A DNA stretch of 64,000 nt from assembly GCA_010015805.1 (NCBI GenBank), contig ML978125.1:868001-932000 (forward strand). The letters run 5' to 3'. This DNA comes from Rhizodiscina lignyota. Taxonomy: Eukaryota. Made by a program: the position numbers and the translations under genes. The notes beneath the pieces were generated by a model. That model was given only the letters and a program-made list of their open reading frames with translations, was not told the DNA's origin and searched no databases. Positions 23,395-35,260 of this stretch are shown here, piece by piece (the stretch's first letter is position 1; each line of letters opens with the position of its first letter).

Positions 23395-25132
23395 GGTTGT
23401 GCAAGAGCTGATGCGTTATCCAGGAAAAGAGTGCTCGTCGGTCGTGTTGATGATGTGTATGTACAACAAATATTCTAATATCCACAAACGAAAGGACGGT
23501 TGAAATGATCAGAGATCAATTAATTTGTTTGCAAGCAATATTCAACGTGGTTCCATTCACAATGGACGAATGCTGATATTTGGTGATGAGCCCGTTTACC
23601 CAATATGAAAGGGACGATGGCGATCAAGAAGTCAACGCGTGCCGGCACGGCGATAATCGAGAAGAGGAGAGAATGGTCGACGAGAGAAACGTCGTCAAGG
23701 AGTGTATATGAACAAAGTTCAAACGAAAGAGCGTTGCCGGCAGCGAGAGTGGTTTTTTAAAAGAGTGAAATCCACACAGGAAGCAGAAGAGCAGACGGAA
23801 AGAACGTGGGACCGGGGTAACTAGAATTCTTATTTCGACTGAACAGACACCGTCTGTGTACTCACTGCCACATCTTCACCTGGCACCGCGGATGGCTGAA
23901 ACACCGCTTTGCATTTCACTGCTCGGCTTCAGAGGCCGTCGTCATGGGTCCCAGAGGCTCAACGACCGTCTTGGGGCTCTTGGACGAGCACGCTCGTCTG
24001 CTTCGCGCCATCCTCAGGGAGCGTTGATGGCAGAACGGACATTGCAGGCAGAAGCTGGGACGCTTGGCCTTCCCAAAGGAGGCTCAAGCAATCGGATTGC
24101 TTCGTCTGGCAGCCATTGGGAGCGCGACGGCAGAGACAGGTTAACCTGAGGCGGTCTAGAGGCGGACAGCAGCCCTCGCGAGTGAAGTTTCGTTTTTCAA
24201 ATGTGGAGATGGGCTTGGGATTGCTGACCTGCACGCCCCTATCCGAGTTGGCTAAAGTCTGCATCTGAAACAACCACCTGGCAGACCTGCAAGGAGGCCT
24301 GCCGGCCCTCGCGCATAAAGCCAAGTCGCGGCCTCATATTGCCTCCCTGTGCCTCCAATTTGATGTGAAAGACTGCTGCAAATGGCTGTCGTTTGTTTCA
24401 ATTTGCAGTGTGTATACCTACAACAATGACTCCGCGTCTTTTCCCCAGAGAGATTGGGACTGAAGCGATGCTCATCCGTTCGCTGGGACCGAGATTGTTA
24501 CTCAGCCAGCACGAATTATTCCCGATCTCGTCGATCGATCTTTTACGTACTTTGCAAAGGGTTTCCCCTGAATATCACACGAGAATTTCCCTGCCTAGAA
24601 CGTGCATGATGTGGTCGGTCCCACGTAAACGCATTTTTCTTTGACGGAAGTCGGGGTGCAGGGGCTTGACTCCTTCCGTTGTGGCTGAATTGACCGCAGT
24701 GCGATCTTGTTGAGACGTCCGACGTTCGCTTGACGATTTTCAGTCCCATGAATGCGATTTAGCGACATCGGGAGATGTTTTGCATTGAGAGATTCTTCCA
24801 CCATTCTGGTCTGGGACACTTCTCTGAGCATGCCATGCGGTGATCCCGGATCTTCCGCCGCTTTTGCATACTGCCATGAATTCAGAGGCGAGATGACTTT
24901 GGTGGGAGCCGTTTTATTTTCATTGTACGGAGTAGCATGCCAGCCAAGATAATTACAGATTTCCTGCGCTACAGCCACCTTAGTTTGAGCATTAATTTGC
25001 CAAGGTAGGAGAGTCGCTTCACAAGAACGTAAGCATTTACTCCACCGTAAAGCTCAAACCTTTGAAATATACTAAGACATGGCTTCCAATTTGAAGACAC
25101 CTGAATGTATTTTTCCTTTAATATTTCGCATC

Positions 25133-25990
25133 TCACGAGCTAGCTGCCACCTGAGGCTTTACGGCATACTCATTAAGGAAGTCAGGGTTGTTCTCAAACT
25201 CTTCCTTTACGATATCCAAGCCACCCACCAGCTCGCCGTCAACCCAGAGCTGAGGGAAGGTCGGCCACTCTGCATACTCCTTGAGACCTTGCCTCACCTC
25301 GTCGTCAGCGAGAATGTTGAAGAAGCCATAGCGTACCGTCCTCTCCCGCAGCATGGCGACAGTCTGTCTGCTGAATCCGCACTGTGGTGCGCTTGGTGTG
25401 CCTTTCATGAAAAGCATAACCGGCGCCGCCTTCACAAGACTCTCAATTCTATTGAACAGCTCCTCCTTGCTTGGCTGTTCGCTCGTATACTCTGGTGCTG
25501 TTGTTGGGTCCGATCCGTTTGGTGCGTAATTGCTGAGGTTCTTGGCGCCATTCGTAGCAGCTCCGTTTGCTGTTGCAGGTTGTTCTTGCTTTGTCACCGT
25601 CTGTGGTGGAGGAAGGCCAGTCTTGCCCGGATTTCCACTCTTGCCTGCATGTTTCTCTACCGCTGCGCGAACCTTGGACGCGTCGCTACCTGACACCGTT
25701 TCGAGAACCTTGCCATCCTTCTGCAATACTATGTATGGTACAGCAGTGACATCGTACTTTTCCGATATGTCTGGCAGCTCCTCCGCGTTGAGAGAAAGGA
25801 ATGATATTGATGGAGGCGATGTGACTGGATATGTGCTTGCGAGCGCGTTAAGGACCGTGGACATCTGCTGGCATGGTGCAGCCCATGGTGCATGGAAGTA
25901 TATGACTACCAGCGCAGATGCAGGTAAGCTTGAGGTTTGATGAGCGAAGTCTGCGTCGGTGGTGACCTCTGTAACTTTCTGTGTCGCCAT
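25133..25990 (-). CDS. GRX4: Multidomain monothiol glutaredoxin (Grx3/Grx4/GrxD)
   Basis: N-terminal thioredoxin-like domain with WAAPC, then MLFMKGTPSAPQCGFSRQ (CGFS) and WPTFPQLWVDGELVGGLDI. Confidence 0.95.
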   Translation of the reverse strand: MATQKVTEVTTDADFAHQTSSLPASALVVIYFHAPWAAPCQQMSTVLNALASTYPVTSPPSISFLSLNAEELPDISEKYDVTAVPYIVLQKDGKVLETVSGSDASKVRAAVEKHAGKSGNPGKTGLPPPQTVTKQEQPATANGAATNGAKNLSNYAPNGSDPTTAPEYTSEQPSKEELFNRIESLVKAAPVMLFMKGTPSAPQCGFSRQTVAMLRERTVRYGFFNILADDEVRQGLKEYAEWPTFPQLWVDGELVGGLDIVKEEFENNPDFLNEYAVKPQVAASS

Positions 25991-26355
25991 CTGCAGATGT
26001 GGCCTGGATCGATTGGCGATCGATTACCGAGCTTCAAACGTGGCGTGGACTTTGTTCTCTCGTAGGTGGTGAGTCACCTCAAGAGTTCGCTATTGTCGGT
26101 ATCTCTCTGACAAGATTCTTGATGAGGTTGAAGAGTTTGCACGACAATTGTATCCAGAAGGCACGACTACTAATCACGAAATGGAAGAGGTGACCTGATA
26201 AATTTCGAGCTGGGCACGTCATGCAGTGCCGCACTAAAAGCCGATTAACCCCACACCCTTGCCTCTTCGGCTGATCTTCGGCGAAGAGCCTCTCCAAAAT
26301 TTCGAGATGCAATGTCGAAATTCTCTGAAGCCTCGGACTCTCCAATGCATCGACA

Positions 26356-27375
26356 ATGCTACGCCAGATGTACGTCTTATCTGAAGTCCATGATTTACGT
26401 TCAACAGCTAATACATTACCCAGAACACCGCGCAATGCGCGCTCCAAGCGCGCTCTCGAGAAGCGAGAACCTCAAGTCAACGAGAATCCCAGGAAGACGC
26501 TCTTCGTGCGCGGCGAGAAATGCAGTCAAATTTTACAGCTCGCGATAGCCGACCTATGCACAATCAAAAAACCTCTAGCCACCAAATTCAACAAGAAGAA
26601 CCAGATACGTCCCTTCGAAGATGCCTCATCTCTCGAATTTTTCTCCGATAAGAATGATGCCTCATTGCTTGTGTTCGGACAACACAGCAAGAAACGACCT
26701 CACTCTTTAACGCTAGTTCGAACATTCAACTACAAGGTGCTGGATATGCTGGAGTTATACCTCGATCCTGACAGTTTCAGGACGATGAGCCAATTCAAGA
26801 ATTCGAAAGTTGGCGTGGGATTGAAGCCGATGATATGCTTCTCTGGGACCATATTTGAGAGCCCGACACCGAATGCATACACTATGGCGAAGAGCCTACT
26901 GCTAGATTTGCTCAAGGGACAGGACGTTCAGAGCGTAGACGTGGAAGGATTACAGTTCATGATTCACATCAGCGCGGGTGAGGAGGTTGAAGGCCAGCCT
27001 GCTCCAAAAATACACATCAGATTCCACAAGATCAAGACGAAGAAGAGTGGACAACGCTTACCGCGGGTAGAGGTGGAAGAGATTGGCCCTCGATTGGACT
27101 TCAGGGTCGGGAGGATGAAGGAAGCTGAAGCGGCGGTGATGAAGGAGGCCCTGAAGAAACCACGGCAATTGGAACCGAAGACGAAGAAGAACATTGAAAC
27201 AGATGCAATGGGCGACAAGGTGGGCCGGATACATGTTGGCAAGCAGAATATTGGCAATCTTCAGACACGCAAGATGAAGGGTCTGAAGCGGTCTCGTGAC
27301 GAAATGATTGACGAAGAGATGACACTGATCGATGATGAGAGCGACGATGGCAATCAGTCAAAGCGTGCAAGATGA
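26356..27375 (+). CDS. RPF2: Ribosome biogenesis Brix-domain protein Rpf2; exons 26356-26369 and 26424-27375
   Basis: MLRQI|TPRNARSKRALEKREP, PFEDASSLEFFS, HSKKRPH, LPRVEVEEIGPRLDF and LQTRKMKGLK. 54-nt in-frame intron GTACGT..GCTAAT..CAG. Confidence 0.95.
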   Translation: MLRQMYVLSEVHDLRSTANTLPRTPRNARSKRALEKREPQVNENPRKTLFVRGEKCSQILQLAIADLCTIKKPLATKFNKKNQIRPFEDASSLEFFSDKNDASLLVFGQHSKKRPHSLTLVRTFNYKVLDMLELYLDPDSFRTMSQFKNSKVGVGLKPMICFSGTIFESPTPNAYTMAKSLLLDLLKGQDVQSVDVEGLQFMIHISAGEEVEGQPAPKIHIRFHKIKTKKSGQRLPRVEVEEIGPRLDFRVGRMKEAEAAVMKEALKKPRQLEPKTKKNIETDAMGDKVGRIHVGKQNIGNLQTRKMKGLKRSRDEMIDEEMTLIDDESDDGNQSKRAR

Positions 27376-27521
27376 TGAATGGTCTCATGCAAACACATGG
27401 CTTGGAGTTATGTGGAGAAAAACAAGCGCCTTGCGCCATGCTTTTATTAAACTGGTCTGCATGCATTATCTGGCGCAACCTGGAAACGGGTGAATATCCG
27501 ATGAGTCTACGTCTTTGCAAT

Positions 27522-29222
27522 TCAAAGCAGAGGGCCTTCAAGTTCAGAATTAGGGTTTTCTTGCGGAATCGAAGTTTGATCGACAAGTGTGCTGGTCTGG
27601 TCTTTGCTAAGTGCAAGCCCTTTAGCCTCAGAATGGTGATTCTCTTGCGGGACTGGTGATCGATCGACAATGGTGTTGCCATGACCATTGGAAAGTACAG
27701 GACCTCTAGTCTCGGAGTTTTGATTTTCCTGCGGGACCGTGGTTCGATCAACGAATGCGCTGGCCTGACCATTAGATAGCGCAGGACCTTCAGCCCCAGA
27801 GGTATGGTTTTCTTGCGGCACTGAGGTTTGATTGATGGGCGTACTGGTCTGGTCTTTGCCAAGCGCAGCACCTTCAACCCCGGATTTATCGGTTTCCTCC
27901 GGGACCACGGTTCGATCTACGACCGTGTTGGTCCGATCTGTTGTGCTCTTGTTTATTTGTGCACTGTCTTGATGATCTGTCGGAGATTTCGTCAAGCTAC
28001 CGAAATCTTGTGCCACTGTTGATGGATCGGCAACCACAGTGTCTTGCATGGCCTTCGGCTGCTCGGTACTCTGTTCTCGGTTTTGAACAATACGCTGAAT
28101 ATTTGCTTAGTTGCTGTACAAAAAAACATGCTCGGTATCTCAATGTGAACATACCAAAAGATTTCTCAAAAGAACTGTAATCGTGACGCTCCCAATTGCT
28201 GGCACGTAAAGTGATGCCACTTCTTTTACATCTGGATCAAAATTCTGCACCGAGTTAATCACATTCAAACACGCCCAAACAGTTTGACGTACCTTTTGGC
28301 TCGAAAAGTTGATGCAGCAAACTCCATCGCGAAGCAGGTGGGTCGGCACTTTGAATCTGTCTCCCGGTACGCCGGAAATGACGACGTCGCTTAGAGGTAG
28401 GCATTGTTCAAGTGACCAGCCAGTCTTCTCTGAGACGGAATGCCGTCGCTTGCGAAGACCTTCGCCTCTTGAGAATTGCTGGACATTCTCAATGTCCACG
28501 GAATATACGCTGGCGCCATCATTTGCCAGCAGCGCTGCAAGCGGCCGTCCCACGACTTCGGATCTGTTGATGACAGTGATTGTGCGGCCGTAAAGTCTAT
28601 TTCCATAAGGTAAAAATGTGTTGTAAATTTGAAGATACTCGAGAATCTTCACCACCGCAAGAGGAGTGCATGGAATGATACTCTTCTTCGTCCTGGCGGG
28701 GTCCATGTACCTGATGTTTTGGTACATATTGAAGAGATAGCGATGACTAAGACCTTCAACATCTTTTTCGATGTCGACAATTTGTTGAAGATATTGGTCT
28801 TGTCTGTTGCCGAAGATAGGATAGTATACAATGATACCATCCACCTTGGGGTCTTGGTTGGCGTTGATGATGCGCTCTTCCAACTCTTCACGATCGACAG
28901 TTCTCAATTCGAATTCAAACCCGCTGTACACACCATGTCAGATTCAATCTCGCGTATTGCCAGATACGAGGTGCAGATAGCGAACAAAAATAGGGGCTCA
29001 CTTTTGCCGAGCTGTCTTTCCCGTCCATTCTGCGTAAACCTTTGCACCATCGTCTTCGCTTGCGAGAAAACCGACGAGTAGAGGCTTTCTCGATAGGTCC
29101 TTGATGTCCTCTTGCAACTCCGCGAAGAGCCTTTCTGATATCTTTTTCGCAGTGACCACTCTGCACGTGGGGATATGGTCGGTTGCGGTGGAAACGTTTC
29201 TTGAGTGCACGAATCGGCTCAT
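27522..29222 (-). CDS. MTD1: NAD-dependent methylenetetrahydrofolate dehydrogenase with a repeat-rich C-terminal extension; exons 29222-29002, 28923-28293, 28244-28155, 28094-27522
   Basis: VDGIIVYYPIFGNRQDQYLQQ, KDVEGL, PCTPLAVVKILEYL, INRSEVVGRPLAALLANDGA and TITVLLRNLL|RIVQN. The last exon stays open in frame through the 27522-28049 ORF. Confidence 0.9.
27525..27920 (-). repeat. Degenerate 84-bp (28-aa) coding tandem repeat, about 4.7 copies
   Basis: VDRTVVPEETDKSGVEGAALGKDQTSTP / INQTSVPQENHTSGAEGPALSNGQASAF / VDRTTVPQENQNSETRGPVLSNGHGNTI / VDRSPVPQENHHSEAKGLALSKDQTSTL / VDQTSIPQENPNSELEGPLL. Confidence 0.9.
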
Positions 29223-29619
29223 CCTTCTGGTTGAAGTGCGATATTCTTGTAGATCAGAATCGCATAATAGCGATGTAGATCAAGGAGTTGCTGGCGAGGC
29301 TCTGGCAAGCAATATATAAGACATTGTTCATAAAAAAGCAAACTTCAGGTTGATCAAGTCACGGGCGGCAGCTACGCCCACAGTGGCCCACCTGCACGCG
29401 GCAGCCTCCCAGGGCTGGAGGATCGTTAACGCCACTCGGCTGGCGAACGCCACCGGCCAATGTGGCTGCCAAATGTCATACGATCACTTATCGACACACG
29501 TCCCGATGTTCGGCATCCCGAGGATCCCGAGGCCGGACATCCTCTCCAACTTAATTACCGGCCAACGAAAATCTTCGCGTCTGTCATGAAACTATTGAGC
29601 CACCACATCTCCACGCAGA

Positions 29620-32600
29620 ATGTCCGACGTGGAGCTATATATATTCAATTATGACAAAGACAAGGAAGAAGCGGCCAAGGCTGCAAAGAACACTGCGAGG
29701 CGTAAGTCGGTAAAATCTCGACTCGACTCTCTACTGACGCCCCGCCGACAGGCCTGGTCGAAAAGGATGTGAAGCTTCTCAGCCTCATCGAATCCATAGG
29801 ACAATATCTAAACAGTGATGAAGCCGCTAAGAGGACGAAAGGTGGGGACCTCTACCATCTGCAGAATGACACAACCTCGACTGAGATATCGCAGCGCTTT
29901 CTTATCTTGCGGAAGTCCTTGAGGCCCTGCCACCCAAGACATTGACCGGGCAGCAACGTAAGTGCATTGTCCAAATTATCTCAAGTCAAACATCTGTTCC
30001 AATAAAGGGTCTCTAAGGACTCTGAGGATTTTCTGCTGCCGCCTATTATGTACTCCATCTCCGAACATAGCTAATGAGAAACTAGGTAATCTGTTGTGCG
30101 ATTTCCTTGTGTCTCGCATTGCGGACGAGAGTGAAACGCTACCTATATGTGCCCGAGCGCTTTTGGCGCTCGACGACCTGGGACCATGGGAGACCGAAAA
30201 ATCAGTCACGATGATGACAAAGTGAGCCCTTCCTATGGGGTTATGCATTCTCACTCTAAGATAAAACAGTATCCTTGAGAACACCCATCCACTTTCGCAG
30301 TACAAGTTACAGAGCCAACGATATCCTGTATTAAACCTCATTGATAGACTTCTAGCAAAATACAGAAAAGGTGGGCCCGGACTTCTGCTCCAGAGTGAGA
30401 TCCATGCTAACTTTCCAGTGCTTCACGAGCTGCACGATGCTTCCCAAGAATTTATGTCTCGGTTTGTTTCATACTTCGATGCCGAGAAGGATCCGAGAAA
30501 CCTCATGCTCGTTTTCTCCATCCTGCTTGTGCCAATGACAGAGTGGGATATCCACTCCCATGCACAAGAACTCTTCGATGCTGTTTTCAATTATTTCCCC
30601 ATCACGTTTAGACCGCCACCTAATGATCCATATGGCATAACTGCTCAAGATCTCAAAGACAGATTACGGCACTGCATTGCAGCATCAGCAGACCTCGCAC
30701 CGTACGCCTTCCCGGCGTTGCTGGACAAGCTAGACTCGACATCCATGAATACCAAACGGGATGTGCTTCAGGCATTGAGTAGCTGTGTTGAGAATTATGG
30801 CCCTCATACCATTTCTCTCTACTCCGTTACCTTGTGGGATGCACTCAAATTTGAGGTGCTCCAAGTCCAGGACGATGACCTTGCGCAGGAGGCACTAAGT
30901 GGACTGACAAACATCGCAACCCAACTGTCAAAGGGCAGCACTGGAGCTCTAACTGTCTACTTGAAGCCAATTGCGAAAGAGGCGAACGAGCATCTAGAGG
31001 ATGCACCAACCAAACAGTCACAGGCTGCGGCGCAAATCCTTGAAAATATCTCCGCAAGCTCTACAGCCAGCTCCAATTTCATCTTCGGTGCTGTGCTTCC
31101 AACTCTATTCGCATTGTATGGAAGTGCAGACACTACAGCTAAGCGAAGAGGCCTCATAGAAGTCTTGAACGGCTTGATTCGCGCAAATTTAAGAGTGTAT
31201 GGGGAATGGCGATCCATTGATACAAGAGAGTCTCTTGTCACCGATAACTCTGACCAACAGACACTCAATTCTCTATCGACATTCAGTTCTCAAGTGCTGG
31301 ATGTTCTACTACAGGGGCTTCATTCAACGCCGATTAAAGAAGTCTCTTACCGATTAGTGGCTCTGGACACGTTGGCAAACCTCACCAAAGCGAGAAACAT
31401 TTTGAACGACGAGGACGTATCTCGAGTAATATCTCTCTTGGACGATATTGTGCTGAATGAGGAGTCGTATGGGAATGATGACGTTAAAACTGCTGCTATG
31501 AACAGTTTGGTGTCTGTAGCGCAGCAGAAGCCACAGCTGATCATTGACAAAGCGTTTCCCACATTCATGGCAAAACTCCCAGATTCCGATCGCAACGACA
31601 CCGTCGAATACGTTGGCATTCTTGAGGCTTTTGCGCAGATGTCAAAAGAGCCAAAGGTTTTCCAAACCATTATGGTTCGCCTTCGCAATAAGCTGTACGA
31701 TGCAATCAAACTTCAAGCCTCTCCACAGTTTATCCAGGCGGTCTTAGCAGCCATGATATTCGCTGTCAAGCAGAACCCTACTGCTCTGGTGGGCACATCC
31801 ACGGAATGTTCATACTACGAGGAATTGGTTCGCCCTCTTATTCAAATGGCGACTTCAGCTATCAGCAGCTCTCCGCTTACTGACCCGGGCGTTGTTGAGC
31901 TCATCGGAAAGTTGTCAAATGCCGTTATTCAGCAGCAGAACCTCGAATTTCAAGCAAGCACGACGGGGCACCTACCCTATGGACTATGGGGTGGTACTGA
32001 GAGTGAATTATTCCCTTCATTTGCACCAAATGCCTCACCACAGCAGGTCCAGTTGCTCCTCATATCGACACATCTTCTAGCAGCTTTACGACGCGATATA
32101 GAGATTCGTCCTGAGTACCAGGAATTACTCACGAACTTGAAACGTGTCGTACAGAGCTCGCAAACTTCGTCGATTGTAAAGCAAACCGCGGTGCAACAAA
32201 TTTCTTTGGTCATTAACAAATTTGTACCAAGGGATAAACTTTCTTTTGTCGTCGACTTGACGCCTTCCTCCTTGCGCGAGTCCGAAAACATCACCAGCGC
32301 AAATAACGATGACTTTAGAATTGCGTTTGCAGCCACAAAAGGCTTGCTGCTTCGCAACGCACCTGTTGTCACCGAAATGGTTCAACGTCTACTGGAAGCC
32401 CTATCTGCCACTTCAGCAGGACTCACTGCCGCTCGGGGCTTCGCCATGTTTCTGCAACCAGACGAACTTCTCACCAAGGAGAATTACTGCGTCATATCCC
32501 CCTTGTACAGGCAGAAGCTCTTTCAGCTAGCCACATCGACCATAACCACTCAGTTCCCGTCCGCCAGCAGCGCGGTGAAGAGGAACTACCTGATTGCGCT

Positions 32601-33030
32601 ATCTGGCATTCTGCGATACCTTCCTTATACCGTCATAGAGCCGCAGCTCTCCCCCCTCACACCGCTACTTCTGCAGATGCTAGATCTCTCTGGCGAGACT
32701 GACGTCAAAGCCGCCGCTATCGATATCCTGATCACCGTTCTCGTACAACAACCGGAACCTTTGGAAGAGCATGCAAGCAGCGTCATATCCCGGTTACTCA
32801 ACGCCACCACCGCCGACTCGAATCCACCGAATGTACGCTCTCGTGCTTTGCATTGCTTAGCACTGGTCCCGAAGAAACTCAAGACGGAAGTTGTGATTCC
32901 ATTCAGGCGGCAAGTGGTTAAGAGGTTGACCGAAGCGCTGGATGATAGGAAGAGGGCGGTGAGGATAGAAGCGGTGAAATGTAGGAGCCAGTGGATTGAA
33001 TTGGATGAGGCAGGCGACGATGAGGAATAG
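29620..33030 (+). CDS. MMS19: MMS19/MET18 HEAT-repeat subunit of the cytosolic Fe-S (CIA) targeting complex; exons 29620-29701, 29752-29841, 29895-29957, 30086-30221, 30270-30370, 30419-33030
   Basis: EKDPRNLMLVF, ELFDAVFNYFPITFRPPPNDPYGIT and C-terminal LDDRKRAVRIEAVKCR. Five GT-AG introns join the N-terminal exons in frame. Confidence 0.92.
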
Positions 33031-33384
33031 ACTAAGGCCTGCCGACATACATTGTGCACGTATCTGAAGCAGCACGGTTCCTAACGAAATGACCGGCTGC
33101 ATTACGAGGAGTTTTATAATACAATCCCAGACAGTCTTCGCGACGTCGCTCGGCCATGTGACAGTTTTTCCATACATATTTACAATGTATCATACATTCA
33201 CTTCCCAAACGTTCCTTCTGACGCTAGCTGCCATCGCATCCGCAGATAGAGTATTGACACCGATATATTGCCTAGTGTTTCAACTGATTACGGTGTCAAA
33301 ATCTCCTCCTTATTCCTGAGCATCCGCTGCGTGTGCGGACCGTAGATGATCAATTGGTGGGAGATTTGAGACGCTTCATTTCCA

Positions 33385-34138
33385 CTAGCCCATGGCTTTT
33401 AAGAAGTTAGCCTCCTTTATGGTAGCCCTCCTCTTTTGCCTCATTGCCTTGGTCAAATTGTCACGGGCAGCTCCAGCCTCCAATGCGCCATGTAGTGTTC
33501 CATCTCCAGTCGGTAAGTCTACGGTCTGCTCCTGTAATGGGACCTTCGGCACCAGACTCTCGGGGTTAAGGAGGCCCTGCTTTCGCCGTTCCTTCTCAGC
33601 TTTTCTGCGCCTTGTTTTGGAGTTTGCTATATTGAGCGACTCGTCAGCGATTCATTCTGCAGCGCAACAGCACGGTGAACAGTCTGGGCTTACAATATAA
33701 CCCTTCATCTAGCTCTGTATTGACTGCGTTCGCCCTCACTTTTGGCGTGAGTATCGTCCACAGCCACGGTGGATACTCCTCGTCTGCCAACGCAACCGGA
33801 TCGCTTCCATTTTTCAAGAAATTGAGCCCTTTGAGTGGTGTTCCAGCAGTTACTGAGGACAAGACGACTGGAGACGGCGATGTAGCCTTTTTACCAGGTT
33901 TCACACCAGCATTCGCAGGCGACGGTGTGAGAGGCGTGCTAAACGGTTGTGCAGCAGATGTGGACGTCGCAGCAGGAGGTTGATGCGAGTCGGGAGAGCC
34001 TTGACGCGGTGCGGAGGTAACTTTGTCAGAGGTGATGGTCTTCTGGGCGCGTTGGGACGAATTGGAGAAGGCCCGAATCGGATTGACGATTTTGGAGTTT
34101 GGGCGAGCGGCCCTGAGCATACAGCGAGGACATATCAT
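33385..34138 (-). CDS. MRPL37: Mitochondrial large ribosomal subunit protein L37 (mL54); exons 34138-33694 and 33626-33385
   Basis: Presequence-like [48 protein letters not shown]-terminal [15 protein letters not shown] after intron 33693-33627. Confidence 0.9.
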
Positions 34139-34429
34139 TTTGGCATTGACATATTCAAAAGAAGGTTCAAGATTTGGAGGATTTTGGACGTCCGATCCCG
34201 CCAAGACTCCCCCATGCCATGCGATTGGCCCAGGCCGAGCCAAGATGCCAAGCATCTAGGACGCATATTTGGACTTCCTGACTTGAGGACAAAGTGACCG
34301 CGCGCACGTCTCAATTTGGTTCATTGATACAGCCCCGTTGATTTGTGGTATCTAGACGACCGCATGGCTGTTATTCATCTAAATCGGAGTGGTCAATACC
34401 ATATTGATTAGATCGTTACTCTCCCTTTA

Positions 34430-35260
34430 ATGGCATCTTCACCGCAAACGCAAAACTTTCCTCAATTCCGGGATCAGACTTTTACGCCCAATGTCATCTA
34501 AGCGCGGCTGACGAGTCTAGCTGCATGCAAAGATACTTCTCTCTCTCGGCGCTCTTTTCTCAATTGGAATGCGACACCATGGTTGGGTCCATTCCTCTCA
34601 GCGGACTACCAGATGATCATTCTCGATCGCTTGTCACGGGAGAAGGAGTTCCAATTCAATGTGAAGGACCTCGAAGAAACAGCAATTCTTCATCTTGGGA
34701 CCCTAGATACAGCTCAACGGAACATCTTCGTCATGTTTCCAGACATCAACCAGAGCATGGAAAGCCTTGCCAACAATGAGGAGATCATGCGACTTTGGAC
34801 AGACGACATCATGTATGTAGCCTTGGACGAGTCCTTTCCCGTCGGTGAGCGAGATGGACGCTTCGGATCCGCAGTCAGCAGTATGAGCTTGCTTCGAATG
34901 AATAGTCAAGCGGCCCGTGTCGAATGGCAGCTAGTGAGCCATGATATTCCAATATTCGAGCCGCTGAATACGGCTTTCCTTCCGTGCCTTTTGGGGGGCA
35001 ATCCAAGAAACAATCGGGAACGAGCGCCATCTACTCATGTTCAAAGATATGATATTGTTCACCTTCTCGGCCGAGCGCTTTCCTAATTGCTTGGCATCAC
35101 TAGATGGGGTCAGTTGACGACAACACATGCAAGGCCTGTCGATAGCGCAGAAGCAGCGCTGGAAGACGTATTGCAGAACTGGGACAAATGGATTGACATG
35201 GCTTATGTGGAAAAGGAGACACTCCACATTAGGGGTGAATTTCGATTTCACGCCAGGGAA
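34430..35260 (+). pseudogene. Decayed gene of unknown family (in-frame stop plus frameshifts)
   Basis: ATG at 34430 with in-frame TAA at 34499, then protein-like text (LHLGTLD..NIFVMFPDI..RLWTDDIM). It shifts frame at a TTTTTGGGGGG run near 34989 (LWGAIQETI..FKDMILFTF) and again before LEDVLQNWDKWIDMAY. Confidence 0.5.

Noticed and set aside
24595..24978. 127-aa minus-strand ORF downstream of GRX4
   Set aside because: Non-ATG start and no motif recognised; cannot be supported as a gene or pseudogene without a search.
26370..26423. Stop-free in-frame introns in RPF2 (and MTD1 28245-28292) read through by the ORF track
   Set aside because: They have canonical donor, branch and acceptor signals and interrupt conserved protein sequence; 3n stop-free short introns arise readily by chance.
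27101..27877. 258-aa minus-strand ORF with basic repeats (MKVLRLAKTRP...)
   Set aside because: Alternative-frame shadow of the 84-bp MTD1 tail repeat; it has a non-ATG start and overlaps RPF2 antisense.
27525..27920. Regularly spaced repeats as a CRISPR-like array, or tRNA T-loop GGTTCGA motifs
   Set aside because: The units are contiguous, degenerate and coding with no unique spacers; GGTTCGA has no cloverleaf context; the genome is eukaryotic.
29958..30085. Longer MMS19 intron 3 as a snoRNA host or stwintron
   Set aside because: No C box with terminal stem, no clear H/ACA hairpins and no nested splice-site arrangement visible.
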